64,000 nucleotides of DNA from an uncultured delta proteobacterium. GTDB taxonomy: Bacteria > Myxococcota_A > Polyangia > Polyangiales > Polyangiaceae. Shown here piece by piece: positions 11,513 to 20,409 of the stretch. How positions within the stretch are numbered: the stretch's first letter is position 1; each line of letters opens with the position of its first letter. The notes beneath the pieces are model-generated. The model was given only the letters and a program-made list of their open reading frames with translations. It searched no databases and had not been told where the DNA came from. The stretch covers positions 224,001 through 288,000 of the forward strand of contig CAWAIF010000002.1 of the NCBI GenBank assembly GCA_963782055.1. The letters are read 5' to 3'. Both the position numbers and the translations under genes were made by a program.

Positions 11513-13504
11513 GTGTGCGGCAACGGGGCCGCAGCGCGATACTCGCGCCGCTTGCACACCCCCTACACCTCGAACTTCGTCGAAGCGTACGAGGCGGCAA
11601 ACTCGTGCATCGGCATCGTCGTCTCGGCGGTGCTCTGGCATCAGTCGGGCCGGTCCGTGGCGTCGAAGGCAGCCATGCAGGCGGCGGTCGTGCTCGCGGC
11701 CGTCGCGCCGGAGCTCGGCGCCTTCGAGGCGGGCGTCGGGCTCCACCCCGGGCCCCATTCCTTCGAGCACACGCTCTACGCGATCGCGGCGCTCGCCACC
11801 GTCGCGACGATCCTCGCCGGTCGCTGGAGCGCGGTCCTCTGGGCGTTCGCCGGCGAGGGGGCGCTCTACTGGCTCACCGGCTACATCCAGTCCTCCAACT
11901 TCGAGATGCTCTCGCTCCACCTCGCGTGGTGCGGTCTGCTCGCCGGCCTGTACCGCGCGCACGTCACCGCGGCGCCGGGCGCATCGCGCGCGACGGAGGA
12001 GCGCCACCCCGGCGACCTGCTGCTCTTCGGCCTGGCCACGACGCTCGCCGCGCTCGTCGGCTTGGTGGTGCTGGAGCGCATGATCGGCAGCTCCGACGAG
12101 TGGGCCTACACCTTCCAGGCGGCCATCTTCGCGAAGCTGCACGCATACGCGACGCCGCCGCCCTGTACGCCCGCCTTCCAGAACTTCTGGGTCTTCACCT
12201 ACGTGGGCAAGCAGTTCTCCCAGTACACGCCGGGCTGGTCGTACTTCATGGTGCCCTTCGTGTGGCTGCGCGTGCCGTGGCTCTCCGGCGCCTTCTGCTT
12301 CGGGTGGGTGGTCGTCGGGCTCGCCCGCCTGTCGCGCCGGGCCATGGCGCTCGCCGACGACGGCACGGCGTCGCCGCGGGCGGTGCGCGCGGCGGGCGTC
12401 TGCGCGGCCCTCGCCACGAGCGCCGGCGCCACCTTCCTCATCAACGGCGGCTCGCGCTTCTCGCACCTCTTCGAGATCGGTGCGTTCGTCTGGGCGCTGG
12501 AGGCGCTGCTCCTCCTGGCGAGCCCCTCCTCGCGCCCGGGTCACCCGCTGCGCTGGGGCGCGGTGCTCGGTGGCTGCGCCGCGCTCATGCTCGCCACGCG
12601 ACCGGTGGACGGCGGGGGGCTGGGTATCGGGCTCTTCCTGTACTTCCTCTACGCGCTGGCGCGGCAACGCTTCGCCCCGAAGACGGTGCTCGCCATCGCC
12701 GGTCCCTTCGTGCTGATCGGGGGTCTCACGCTCCTCATCCTGCGGGTGCAGCTCGGCAAGTGGTTCACCACCGGCTACTCGCTCACCGCGATGATCCACC
12801 CGTGGAACAAGTTCGAGATCCTCGCGCCCAAGCCGGACGAGTGGCGCTGGGGCTTCCCGCTGGCGACGGGCTCCTACGGCTGGTGGCCGGTGTCGCTCGC
12901 CGTCGGGTTCGCGGGCCTGGCGTCCCTCGGCCGGCGCGGACGTGCGCTCAACACCATCCTCTTCTTCAGCCTGGCGCCCGTCCTTGGCTTCTACGCGTAC
13001 CTGAACCTGGGGCGCGGCTTCGACTGGGGCTACGGCCCCCGCTACCAGATGATCCTGATGGTGCCGATGGCCGTCGGCACCGGCGTCGCGCTCGCCCGCA
13101 TGTGGCGCAGCGCCGCCACCCGGCACGGGTGGGGCCGCCCCGCCTTGACGGCCGGTGGCCCCTTCGCGGTGGCCGTGGCCGCGATGATCCTCGGCGTCGT
13201 GCGCATCGCGCCGCTCGTATATCCCTACGAGCGCACCGCCGTCGCCGACGAGAACCGCCTGGAGCGCGCCATCCGCGGCGGCGACGTGCATCACGCGCTG
13301 GTGCTCGCCGCCCCCGGGACGGGCGGCGTCGACCCGCTCGACCTGACGCAGAACCTCCCCCTCTCGCTCTACCCCCACCAGGACGTCATCGTGGCCATCC
13401 CTCGCACGCCCGAGCTGGAGCGCTGCGTGCGCGCCGCCTACCCGGACCGCGCCGTCTACCGCGCGAGCGGGTCGCTGAAGGTGTCCCTCCGCCGCGAGAA
13501 GTAG
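11513..13504 (+). CDS. Polytopic membrane protein, putative GT-C fold transferase
   Basis: SSDEWAY acidic motif, YTPGW, ATRP, YGPRY; many TMs; start uncertain. Confidence 0.7.
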   Translation: MCGNGAAARYSRRLHTPYTSNFVEAYEAANSCIGIVVSAVLWHQSGRSVASKAAMQAAVVLAAVAPELGAFEAGVGLHPGPHSFEHTLYAIAALATVATILAGRWSAVLWAFAGEGALYWLTGYIQSSNFEMLSLHLAWCGLLAGLYRAHVTAAPGASRATEERHPGDLLLFGLATTLAALVGLVVLERMIGSSDEWAYTFQAAIFAKLHAYATPPPCTPAFQNFWVFTYVGKQFSQYTPGWSYFMVPFVWLRVPWLSGAFCFGWVVVGLARLSRRAMALADDGTASPRAVRAAGVCAALATSAGATFLINGGSRFSHLFEIGAFVWALEALLLLASPSSRPGHPLRWGAVLGGCAALMLATRPVDGGGLGIGLFLYFLYALARQRFAPKTVLAIAGPFVLIGGLTLLILRVQLGKWFTTGYSLTAMIHPWNKFEILAPKPDEWRWGFPLATGSYGWWPVSLAVGFAGLASLGRRGRALNTILFFSLAPVLGFYAYLNLGRGFDWGYGPRYQMILMVPMAVGTGVALARMWRSAATRHGWGRPALTAGGPFAVAVAAMILGVVRIAPLVYPYERTAVADENRLERAIRGGDVHHALVLAAPGTGGVDPLDLTQNLPLSLYPHQDVIVAIPRTPELERCVRAAYPDRAVYRASGSLKVSLRREK

Positions 13505-13560
13505 GCCCCGAAGGCCCTGGATGACACCGCCGCGGGCTTGTACTAGGGTGCGCCCGGCTC

Positions 13561-13953
13561 ATGGCTCAGGCGCGAACCACCAGCAGCCGCAGCGCGCGGG
13601 GAGACGTCGCCGTCCTCGGGGCGGGCGTGCGCGTGCGCGGGCGCATCAGCGGCGAGGGCGACCTCACCATCGAGGGCACCGTGGAGGGCGACATCCTCGT
13701 CCGCGGGGAGCTGACGGTCGCCGACGGCGCGTCCGTCACCAGCGAGCAGCTCGAGGCCTCGTCGGTCACCCTGGGCGGGCAGGTGCAGTCGCACGTCAAC
13801 GCCACCGGCCCGGTGCGCGTCCTCGCCACCGCGCGCGTCCGCGGGGACCTGCGCGGCTCGGAGATCAGCATCGAGGAGGGGGCGCAGGTGTCGGGCCGCA
13901 TCGACGCCGAGTTCGAGCTTCCGCCGGAGCTCGGCGGCGGCAGGTCGCGGTAG
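13561..13953 (+). CDS. bacN: Bactofilin (polymer-forming cytoskeletal protein), BacN-like
   Basis: Beta-helical G-rich repeats VLGAGVRVRGRISGEGDLTIEGTVEGDI...IEEGAQVSGRI; first of three; symbol assigned by position. Confidence 0.8.
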   Translation: MAQARTTSSRSARGDVAVLGAGVRVRGRISGEGDLTIEGTVEGDILVRGELTVADGASVTSEQLEASSVTLGGQVQSHVNATGPVRVLATARVRGDLRGSEISIEEGAQVSGRIDAEFELPPELGGGRSR

Positions 13954-13979
13954 ACATCCACCACCGGAGAGGGAAACAG

Positions 13980-14294
13980 ATGGCGAGCACGGTCATCGGC
14001 GCAGGGATCACCATCGAGGGCGAGGTCATCGCCGACGAGGACGTGGTGGTGCAGGGCACCATCCGCGGCAAGCTGAACGCCAAGGAGGGCGTCACCGTCG
14101 ACGCCGGCGCGGTCGTCGAGGCGGACATCCAGGGCGGGCCGATGACGGTCGCCGGGCAGGTCACCGGCAACATCCTCTCCACCGATCGCGTGGACTTGCA
14201 GTCGGGCGCGCGCGTCGTCGGCAACGTCAAGGCCTCGCGCATCACCATCGCCGACGGCGCCCAGTTCAAGGGCAACGTCGACATGGACGTGTGA
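13980..14294 (+). CDS. bacO: Bactofilin, BacO-like
   Basis: MASTVIGAGITIEGEV...IADGAQFKGNVDM; GGAGAGG RBS upstream of ATG 13980. Confidence 0.85.
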   Translation: MASTVIGAGITIEGEVIADEDVVVQGTIRGKLNAKEGVTVDAGAVVEADIQGGPMTVAGQVTGNILSTDRVDLQSGARVVGNVKASRITIADGAQFKGNVDMDV

Positions 14295-14306
14295 CGGAGA
14301 GGACGC

Positions 14307-14909
14307 ATGGCGAGCGCGGACAGCACGATCATCGGCCGTGGCACGCGCGTGCGCGGTCGCGTCACCGGTGGCCACGACGTGCGCATCGAGGGCCACCTGG
14401 AGGGTGAGCTGGAGGCCACCGGCGAGGTGGTCGTCGAGCAGGGCGGCACCGTGGGCGCCACCATCCACGCGCGCCGCGTCGTCGTGCGCGGCGCGGTGAA
14501 GGGCGATCTGAACGGCGCGGAGGCCGTGCTCCTGGAAGAGGGCGCGCGCGTCGTCGGCGACGTGCACGCTCCGCGCATCGCGATCGCCCCAGGCGCGCTG
14601 CTGCGCGGTTACGTGCAGACCGGCGAGGGCGGCGCCCCGCTCCCCGGCGCACGCCGCCCGGCGCAGGCAGCGCGCCCCGCGCCCGCGGCGCAGGCCGCCC
14701 CCGCGAAGGTGGCGGTGAAGGCTCCGGCGAAGCCCGCTCCCAAGGCCGCGCCCGCGCGCCGCCCGCCGCCGCCCGCTCGCGCCTCGGCGCCGAAGGTCAC
14801 CGGCAAGAAGGCCTCCGCCGTCGCCATCTCCGGCGCCAAGTCGCCGCCGCGTCCGGTGGTGCCCGCCCTCAAGAAGGGCGCCCGGGGTGCGCTGACCAAG
14901 AAGAAGTGA
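14307..14909 (+). CDS. bacP: Bactofilin with Pro/Ala/Lys-rich disordered C-tail, BacP-like
   Basis: Bactofilin domain then ~90 aa PAK-rich tail ending KKK. Confidence 0.8.
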   Translation: MASADSTIIGRGTRVRGRVTGGHDVRIEGHLEGELEATGEVVVEQGGTVGATIHARRVVVRGAVKGDLNGAEAVLLEEGARVVGDVHAPRIAIAPGALLRGYVQTGEGGAPLPGARRPAQAARPAPAAQAAPAKVAVKAPAKPAPKAAPARRPPPPARASAPKVTGKKASAVAISGAKSPPRPVVPALKKGARGALTKKK

Positions 14910-15460
14910 TGGCCTCGCGCGAGCGCTTGCTCGAGCTGCTCCGCGAGCGCTCCTATGCGCGCAAGCGCGTCGTGCTCGCCTCCGGCAAGGAGAGCGACTT
15001 CTTCATCGACTGCAAGCAGACGGTGCTCCTGGCGGAGGGCCACGCCCTCGCCGGCGAGGTGATGCTCAACGCGCTCGGGACCTTCCCGCGGGTGGGCGCC
15101 GTGGCGGGGGTGGAGCTGGGTGGCTGCCCGCTCGCCAGCGCGGTCGCGCTCCTGAGCTTCCAGCGCGGCGCGCCGCTCGACGCCGTCTACGTGCGCAAGG
15201 ACGCCAAGGACCACGGCTCACGCCGCGAGCTGGAGGGCAACACGCACCTGCCGGCGGGCACGCGCGTGGCGCTGCTGGAGGACGTGGTGACGACGGGCGG
15301 GTCCACCCTGAAGGCGGTGGCGAAGCTGCGCGCCGCCGGCTACGAGGTGGCGGGCGTGGTGGCGCTGGTGGACCGCAAGGAGGGCGGCGGCGAGGCTATC
15401 GCCGCGGAGGTGCCCTTCGTGGCGCTCTACGGGCGTGAGGACTTCGTCGGTCCGGCTTGA
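14909..15460 (+). CDS. pyrE: Orotate phosphoribosyltransferase
   Basis: LASGKESDFFIDCK, VRKDAKDHG, PRPP-binding LLEDVVTTGGS, LVDR; TGATG overlap with upstream stop. Confidence 0.93.
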   Translation: MASRERLLELLRERSYARKRVVLASGKESDFFIDCKQTVLLAEGHALAGEVMLNALGTFPRVGAVAGVELGGCPLASAVALLSFQRGAPLDAVYVRKDAKDHGSRRELEGNTHLPAGTRVALLEDVVTTGGSTLKAVAKLRAAGYEVAGVVALVDRKEGGGEAIAAEVPFVALYGREDFVGPA

Positions 15461-15501
15461 GGCCGCGCGGCAACGTGCCGGTGCGAGGCCGGCACGACGG
15501 C

Positions 15502-16290
15502 TCAGTGGATGAGCTTCGGGTTGCCCGGCGGCGGCGGGCGGGTCGAAGGGCTGGGTCCGGCGGGAGCCTGCCCCGCGAGGTACGGGCGGCGCGCGTAGAA
15601 GTAGCCGGCCTCGAGCGTGAAGACGGTCTTGCCATCGTTCGAGATGAGCTTGCCGGAGATCTTGCCCTGGTAGTCGCCGGGGTTGTCGCCGGCGTAGATG
15701 TCAATCTCGCAGTCGCCGTTGGGGTTGTCGGACCAGCTCGCCTGGGGGTCGTTGCCGCGGACGCCCGCGGTCGCGAACTCGAGGGCGAAGTCGGGCTGCG
15801 TGCCGCACTCGAAGTGGCCGGGGCGCATCGTCGACATGACAATCGTGAACGTCTCGCCCGCGTCGCTCGTCGCGATGGCGATCGACTTGCCCGGGAAGCC
15901 CTGGAACGGGACGAAGCCTTTCTCCGAGACGAACCCGGAGCTGTAGCGGTAGCCCGTCTGTGTGTTCACGAAGCGCACGGCGACCGCGGCGCCCTGGTCA
16001 CCGGTCGGCACCGTCCGCTTGATGATGTCGACGAAGCTCGAGAAGAGCTTCGGGTCCTCGACCGGAGGCGACCGGTGGGCCGGCGCGGGGGGCGGTTGCG
16101 ACTCGTGGACCGCGGTGTCTCGGGGCTTCGTCTCGCTTGCCACGGGCGCGTCGGAGAGCGGGTGATGGGTGGTCGCGGTCGAGTGGGGTCGGGGGGTCGG
16201 GTGGTAGGGATAGGCCGGCGCGGGCGTGGATGTTCCGCAAGCGACGAGGACTGCGCTGGCACCCACGAGCACGATGAATTGCTGCTTCAC
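15502..16290 (-). CDS. Hypothetical lipoprotein
   Basis: Lipobox LVAC, Pro/His-rich linker, globular C-domain; AAGGAGG RBS upstream of GTG 16290 (alternative start 16299). Confidence 0.7.
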   Translation of the reverse strand: MKQQFIVLVGASAVLVACGTSTPAPAYPYHPTPRPHSTATTHHPLSDAPVASETKPRDTAVHESQPPPAPAHRSPPVEDPKLFSSFVDIIKRTVPTGDQGAAVAVRFVNTQTGYRYSSGFVSEKGFVPFQGFPGKSIAIATSDAGETFTIVMSTMRPGHFECGTQPDFALEFATAGVRGNDPQASWSDNPNGDCEIDIYAGDNPGDYQGKISGKLISNDGKTVFTLEAGYFYARRPYLAGQAPAGPSPSTRPPPPGNPKLIH

Positions 16291-16672
16291 GAATGGCACC
16301 TCCTTGCGGCCGCGCGCCCCGCGCCGATGGCCGATGGGCGCGCGTGCGTCACGACCTTCTTCCCCTGCGCCGGCTCGTGAGCGAGCAACGCGCAGAGACG
16401 CTCAATGTATCGTGCGTCGGCGAATCGCGACAAGGCTCCGTGTTCGCGCGTCACGCTCGCCGTGGACGGCCGCCGCCAGACCAGAACGCGCACGTACACG
16501 CCGGTGACGAAAGGGGGCGCGGCTCGCCGACTGCGGTGCGCGGACCGGCGAGAGCTCCGTGGCAGAGACAGACCCCTGCCACGCATGGCAGAACGCCGCA
16601 CCGCGCCACGCGCAGGTCTCCCGCGCGATCCGCGGCGGCTTGGGCTACACTCCCTCCCCGGTGACTGGAGGC

Positions 16673-17515
16673 ATGGTGGAAGGCAAGCGGATCGAAATCC
16701 TGAGCGACTCGACCGGGGAGACCGCCGAGAAGGTGGTCCGCGCGGCGATGCTGCAATTTCCCCACTCGGGGGCGCAGATCAAGCTCCACACACGCATCCG
16801 CACCAAGGAGGCTGCCCGCCCCGTGCTCGAGCAGGCCGCCCGCGACGGCGCGCTGGTCGTCTTCACCGTGGTCAGCCCGGAGCTGCGCGAGTTCATCCAC
16901 TCGCAGAGCTACGAGCTGAAGATCGAGGCGCTGGACCTCATCGGCTCGCTCATCGGGCGGCTGGGCACCTTCCTCGACAGGCAGCCCATCAACATGCCGA
17001 GCGCGATGCTCCCGCTCTCCGACGAGTACTTCCGCCGCATCGAGGCGGTGGAGTTCACCGTCAAGAGCGACGACGGCAAGGAGCCGCGCAACTTCCGCAA
17101 GGCGGATCTGGTGCTGGTGGGCGTGAGCCGCACCTCCAAGACGCCGCTCTCCACGCTGCTGGCGCAGCGCGGGCTGAAGGTCGCCAACCTGCCCATCGTC
17201 CTCGGCATCGAGCCCCCGCCGGAGCTGGAGGAGGCGCCGCACGATCGCGTCGTCGGGCTGACGATCGAGATCAACCAGCTCGTGGAGATCCGCAAGGCGC
17301 GGCTGAAGCAGCTCGGCATGCCCACCGACGCGAGCTACGGCCTCGCGGAGCAGGTGAAGGAGGAGCTCGCCTACGCGCAGCGCATCTTCGGCAAGCACCC
17401 GCACTGGCCGGTCATCGACGTGACCGGCCGCGCCATCGAGGAGACCGCCGTCATCATCCTGGAGGCGCTGAAGGAGCGCGACGAGACGCAATCCATCAAG
17501 GCGCAGCTCCTGTAG
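16673..17515 (+). CDS. ppsR: PEP synthase / pyruvate,phosphate dikinase regulatory protein (kinase/pyrophosphorylase, DUF299)
   Basis: SDSTGETA, YFRRIEAVEF, DDG, GVSRTSKTP, IDVT..AIEETA; GGAGG RBS. Confidence 0.93.
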   Translation: MVEGKRIEILSDSTGETAEKVVRAAMLQFPHSGAQIKLHTRIRTKEAARPVLEQAARDGALVVFTVVSPELREFIHSQSYELKIEALDLIGSLIGRLGTFLDRQPINMPSAMLPLSDEYFRRIEAVEFTVKSDDGKEPRNFRKADLVLVGVSRTSKTPLSTLLAQRGLKVANLPIVLGIEPPPELEEAPHDRVVGLTIEINQLVEIRKARLKQLGMPTDASYGLAEQVKEELAYAQRIFGKHPHWPVIDVTGRAIEETAVIILEALKERDETQSIKAQLL

Positions 17516-19069
17516 CTAGCGGCCCCCTCTGCGCTTCGCGCGCTCCTTCTCGCGGGCCTCACGGAGCGCCGCGGCGATCTGCTCGACCTCGTGCGTCTCC
17601 ATGCGCGCGGTGTCCTCGGCGTCGAAGCCGGGGTCGGAGGGCTTGCGGCGGATGGGCGGCTTGGCGGCGAGCTTCGCCGGGTCGATGCGCACCGTCTCGT
17701 TGGCGCCCTCCTCGTCGTCGTACGGCGACGACGGCAGGTCGTCGGGCGCGACGTCCGGCGCGGGCATCCGCGGCGTGGTGGGGTGGTCCCAGTCGTCTCC
17801 CTTCGCCGCGGGGGCCTCCACAGGCGTCGCGCCCGCCTCCACGAAGGTGATGGGGATCTCCACGCTGGCGCTGCTCACGCTCGCCGGCCCGGGTGTGGGC
17901 GCGGCGACACGCGCGACCGGCGTGCGCGTCCCGCTCGCGCGGATGAGCTCGGAGCGCGCCCGGACGAGCGCCTGCTGCAGCTCCAGCGCCGAGCCGAAGC
18001 GCTCGTCCCGGTTCTTGGCCATCGCCTTCGCGATGACGGCCTCCAGCGACGCGGGGATCGTCGGGCGCAGCGAGGAGGGGAGCGGGGGCTCCTGCGTGAG
18101 GATCTGAAGCAGCAGCGCGTTGTAGTTGGAGGCGGTGAAGGGGCGCCTGCCGGTGAGCAGCTCGTAGAGGAGGACGCCGCACGCATAGAGGTCCACGCGC
18201 GCATCCAGGTTGCGATCCCCGCGCGCCTGCTCCGGCGACATGTAGTAGGGCGTGCCCATCACCATGCCCGTCTTGGTGAGGTCGGTCTCCTCCTCCCACT
18301 CGCCGGTGCTCATCGGCGCGAGCACCTTGGAGACGCCGAAGTCCAGCAGCTTCACGGTGGTGGTGCGGTCCGCCTCCTCCGGCGAGCGGCCGGCGGGGAA
18401 GAAGCCGGGCCGCTCGGCGAGGAAGACGTTCTCCGGCTTGATGTCGCGGTGCAGGATCCCGAGGCCGTGCGCCGCGCCCAGCGCGGAGAGCACCGGGATG
18501 AGGATGTCGATCGCCTCGGCGAAGGGCAGGCCGCCCTCCGCGGCCAGGCGCGCGGAGAGGGTCTCGCCGCGCAGGCGCTCCATCACCAGGTAGGGGCTGC
18601 CGTCCGGCAGCGTGCCGATGTCGTAGACCTCGCAGATGTTGGGGTGGCCGATGGCGCCCGCCGCGCGCGCCTCCTGGTGGAAGCGCTTCACCGCCACCTT
18701 CTTCCGCGCCTGCGCGGGGTGCAGCACCTTCACGGCCACCGCGCGGCCGATGGCCACGTGCTCCGCCTCGAAGACGCTGCCCATGCCGCCCTCGCCGAGC
18801 ACGGCCGTGATGCGGTACTTGCCGTCGATCGTCTGACCGACGAGCGACCGGCGCGCGGGGAGCGGGGCGGGCCCGCGCGGGGGCGCCGCCGCCGAGCGCG
18901 CGCTCATCGGCCGCGGGACCACCAGCCCGGGTCGCTCGGCGCCTGCTCCCGTCGGGCCGGGGTAGGAGCGCGTGGGACGCCGCCCGATCGGCTGCCTTGT
19001 CGTCGGGCAGACGGTCACGCCAGCCTGGTGGGTGTGGCCGCAGTGCGGGCAGCGGAAAGTCCGGGTCAT
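17516..19069 (-). CDS. Ser/Thr protein kinase with N-terminal Zn-ribbon-like motif
   Basis: CPHCGHTH...CPTT N-terminus; LGEGGMG, VAVK, HRDIKPEN, DFG, GTPYYMSPE; acidic disordered tail, no TM. Confidence 0.9.
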   Translation of the reverse strand: MTRTFRCPHCGHTHQAGVTVCPTTRQPIGRRPTRSYPGPTGAGAERPGLVVPRPMSARSAAAPPRGPAPLPARRSLVGQTIDGKYRITAVLGEGGMGSVFEAEHVAIGRAVAVKVLHPAQARKKVAVKRFHQEARAAGAIGHPNICEVYDIGTLPDGSPYLVMERLRGETLSARLAAEGGLPFAEAIDILIPVLSALGAAHGLGILHRDIKPENVFLAERPGFFPAGRSPEEADRTTTVKLLDFGVSKVLAPMSTGEWEEETDLTKTGMVMGTPYYMSPEQARGDRNLDARVDLYACGVLLYELLTGRRPFTASNYNALLLQILTQEPPLPSSLRPTIPASLEAVIAKAMAKNRDERFGSALELQQALVRARSELIRASGTRTPVARVAAPTPGPASVSSASVEIPITFVEAGATPVEAPAAKGDDWDHPTTPRMPAPDVAPDDLPSSPYDDEEGANETVRIDPAKLAAKPPIRRKPSDPGFDAEDTARMETHEVEQIAAALREAREKERAKRRGGR

Positions 19070-19171
19070 TCCGAGGGCCAGCATCCAGCGTAACTCAAAC
19101 GCCAAGGTGCTGCGAACCGTTCGGCCCGGTGCTATGGAAAGGCCCGCCAACCTCAGCCCCGGGAGCTCACC

Positions 19172-20353
19172 ATGGCCTTCGCACCCGTCTACATCGTCTC
19201 CGCCGCGCGCACCCCCATCGGCGCCTTCCTCGGCTCGCTCGCCAACGTCCCCGCGCCTCGCCTCGGCGCCGCCGCGATCCAGGGGGCGCTCACCCGCGCC
19301 AAGCTCGCGCCGGAGACGATCCAGGAAGTCTTCATGGGCAACGTGCTCTGCGGCGGGGTCGGCCAGGCGCCCGCGCGGCAGGCGGCCATCTACGGCGGCA
19401 TCCCCAACACCACCCCCGCCACCACCGTGGGCAAGGTGTGCGGCTCCGGCCTGCAGGCCGTCATCTTCGGGGCGAAGACCATCGCGCTGGGCGACGCCGA
19501 CCTCGTCGTCTCCGGCGGCATGGAGTCCATGTCGTCGGCGCCGTACTACGTCTTCGGCGCCCGCAGCGGGCTGCGCATGGGGAACACCACGATGGTCGAC
19601 GGGATGATCCACGACGGCCTGTGGGACCCGTACAACAACGTCCACATGGGCACCTGCGGCGACAAGTGCGCCGCGGAGTACAAGTTCTCGCGCGAGGCGC
19701 AGGACGACTTCTCCAAGGAGAGCTTCCGCCGGGCGCTCGCCGCGCAGAAGGAGGGCCTCTTCGACGCGGAGATCGAGCCGGTGAAGGTGCCGCAGCGCAA
19801 GGGCGACCCGGTGCTGGTCAAGCTGGACGAGGGCCCCGGCAAGGGCGACCCGAACAAGTTCTCCTCGCTGCGGCCCGCGTTCGGCAAGGACGGCACCATC
19901 ACCGCGGCCAACGCCTCCTCCATCAACGACGGCGCGAGCGCGCTGGTGCTGGCGAGCGAGAAGGCGGTCAAGGAGCACAAGCTGGAGCCGCTCGGGCGCA
20001 TCGTGGCGTACGACGGCGTGGCGCAGGACCCGGTGTGGTTCACCACCGCCCCGGCGAAGGCGATCGAGAAGGTCACCGCCAAGATGGGCATCAAGCCGAA
20101 CGACATCGACCTGTACGAGATCAACGAGGCCTTCGCGGTGGTCGCCATGGCGTGCGCGAAGCTGGTGGGCATCGACACCCAGCGCGTCAACGTGCGCGGC
20201 GGCGCCGTGGCCCTCGGCCACCCCATCGGGGCGAGCGGCGCGCGCATCCTCACGACGCTGCTGTACGCGATGAAGGACCAGAACAAGAAGCGCGGCCTGG
20301 CGACGCTGTGCATCGGCGGCGGCGAAGCGCTGGCCCTGGTCGTCGAACGCTGA
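19172..20353 (+). CDS. Acetyl-CoA C-acetyltransferase (thiolase)
   Basis: RTPIG, VCGSG (catalytic Cys), GGMESMS, NEAF, GHPIGASG, CIGGG. Confidence 0.95.
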   Translation: MAFAPVYIVSAARTPIGAFLGSLANVPAPRLGAAAIQGALTRAKLAPETIQEVFMGNVLCGGVGQAPARQAAIYGGIPNTTPATTVGKVCGSGLQAVIFGAKTIALGDADLVVSGGMESMSSAPYYVFGARSGLRMGNTTMVDGMIHDGLWDPYNNVHMGTCGDKCAAEYKFSREAQDDFSKESFRRALAAQKEGLFDAEIEPVKVPQRKGDPVLVKLDEGPGKGDPNKFSSLRPAFGKDGTITAANASSINDGASALVLASEKAVKEHKLEPLGRIVAYDGVAQDPVWFTTAPAKAIEKVTAKMGIKPNDIDLYEINEAFAVVAMACAKLVGIDTQRVNVRGGAVALGHPIGASGARILTTLLYAMKDQNKKRGLATLCIGGGEALALVVER

Positions 20354-20396
20354 CCTCACCCCCGCCCTCCTCTCCACTTCGTGGAGAGGGGGAGAG
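20354..20396 (+). repeat. Palindromic REP-like element, copy A
   Basis: CCTCACCCCCGCCCT-CCTCTCCAC-TTC-GTGGAGAGG-GGGAGAG directly after the thiolase TGA. Confidence 0.8.
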
Positions 20397-20409
20397 GAGA
20401 CTGCGTGCG

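Noticed and set aside
16294..16307. TGGCACCTCCTTGC as a sigma-54 promoter
   Set aside because: GG-to-GC spacing is 9 rather than 10, and the sequence is explained as the antisense RBS (AAGGAGG) of the lipoprotein gene.
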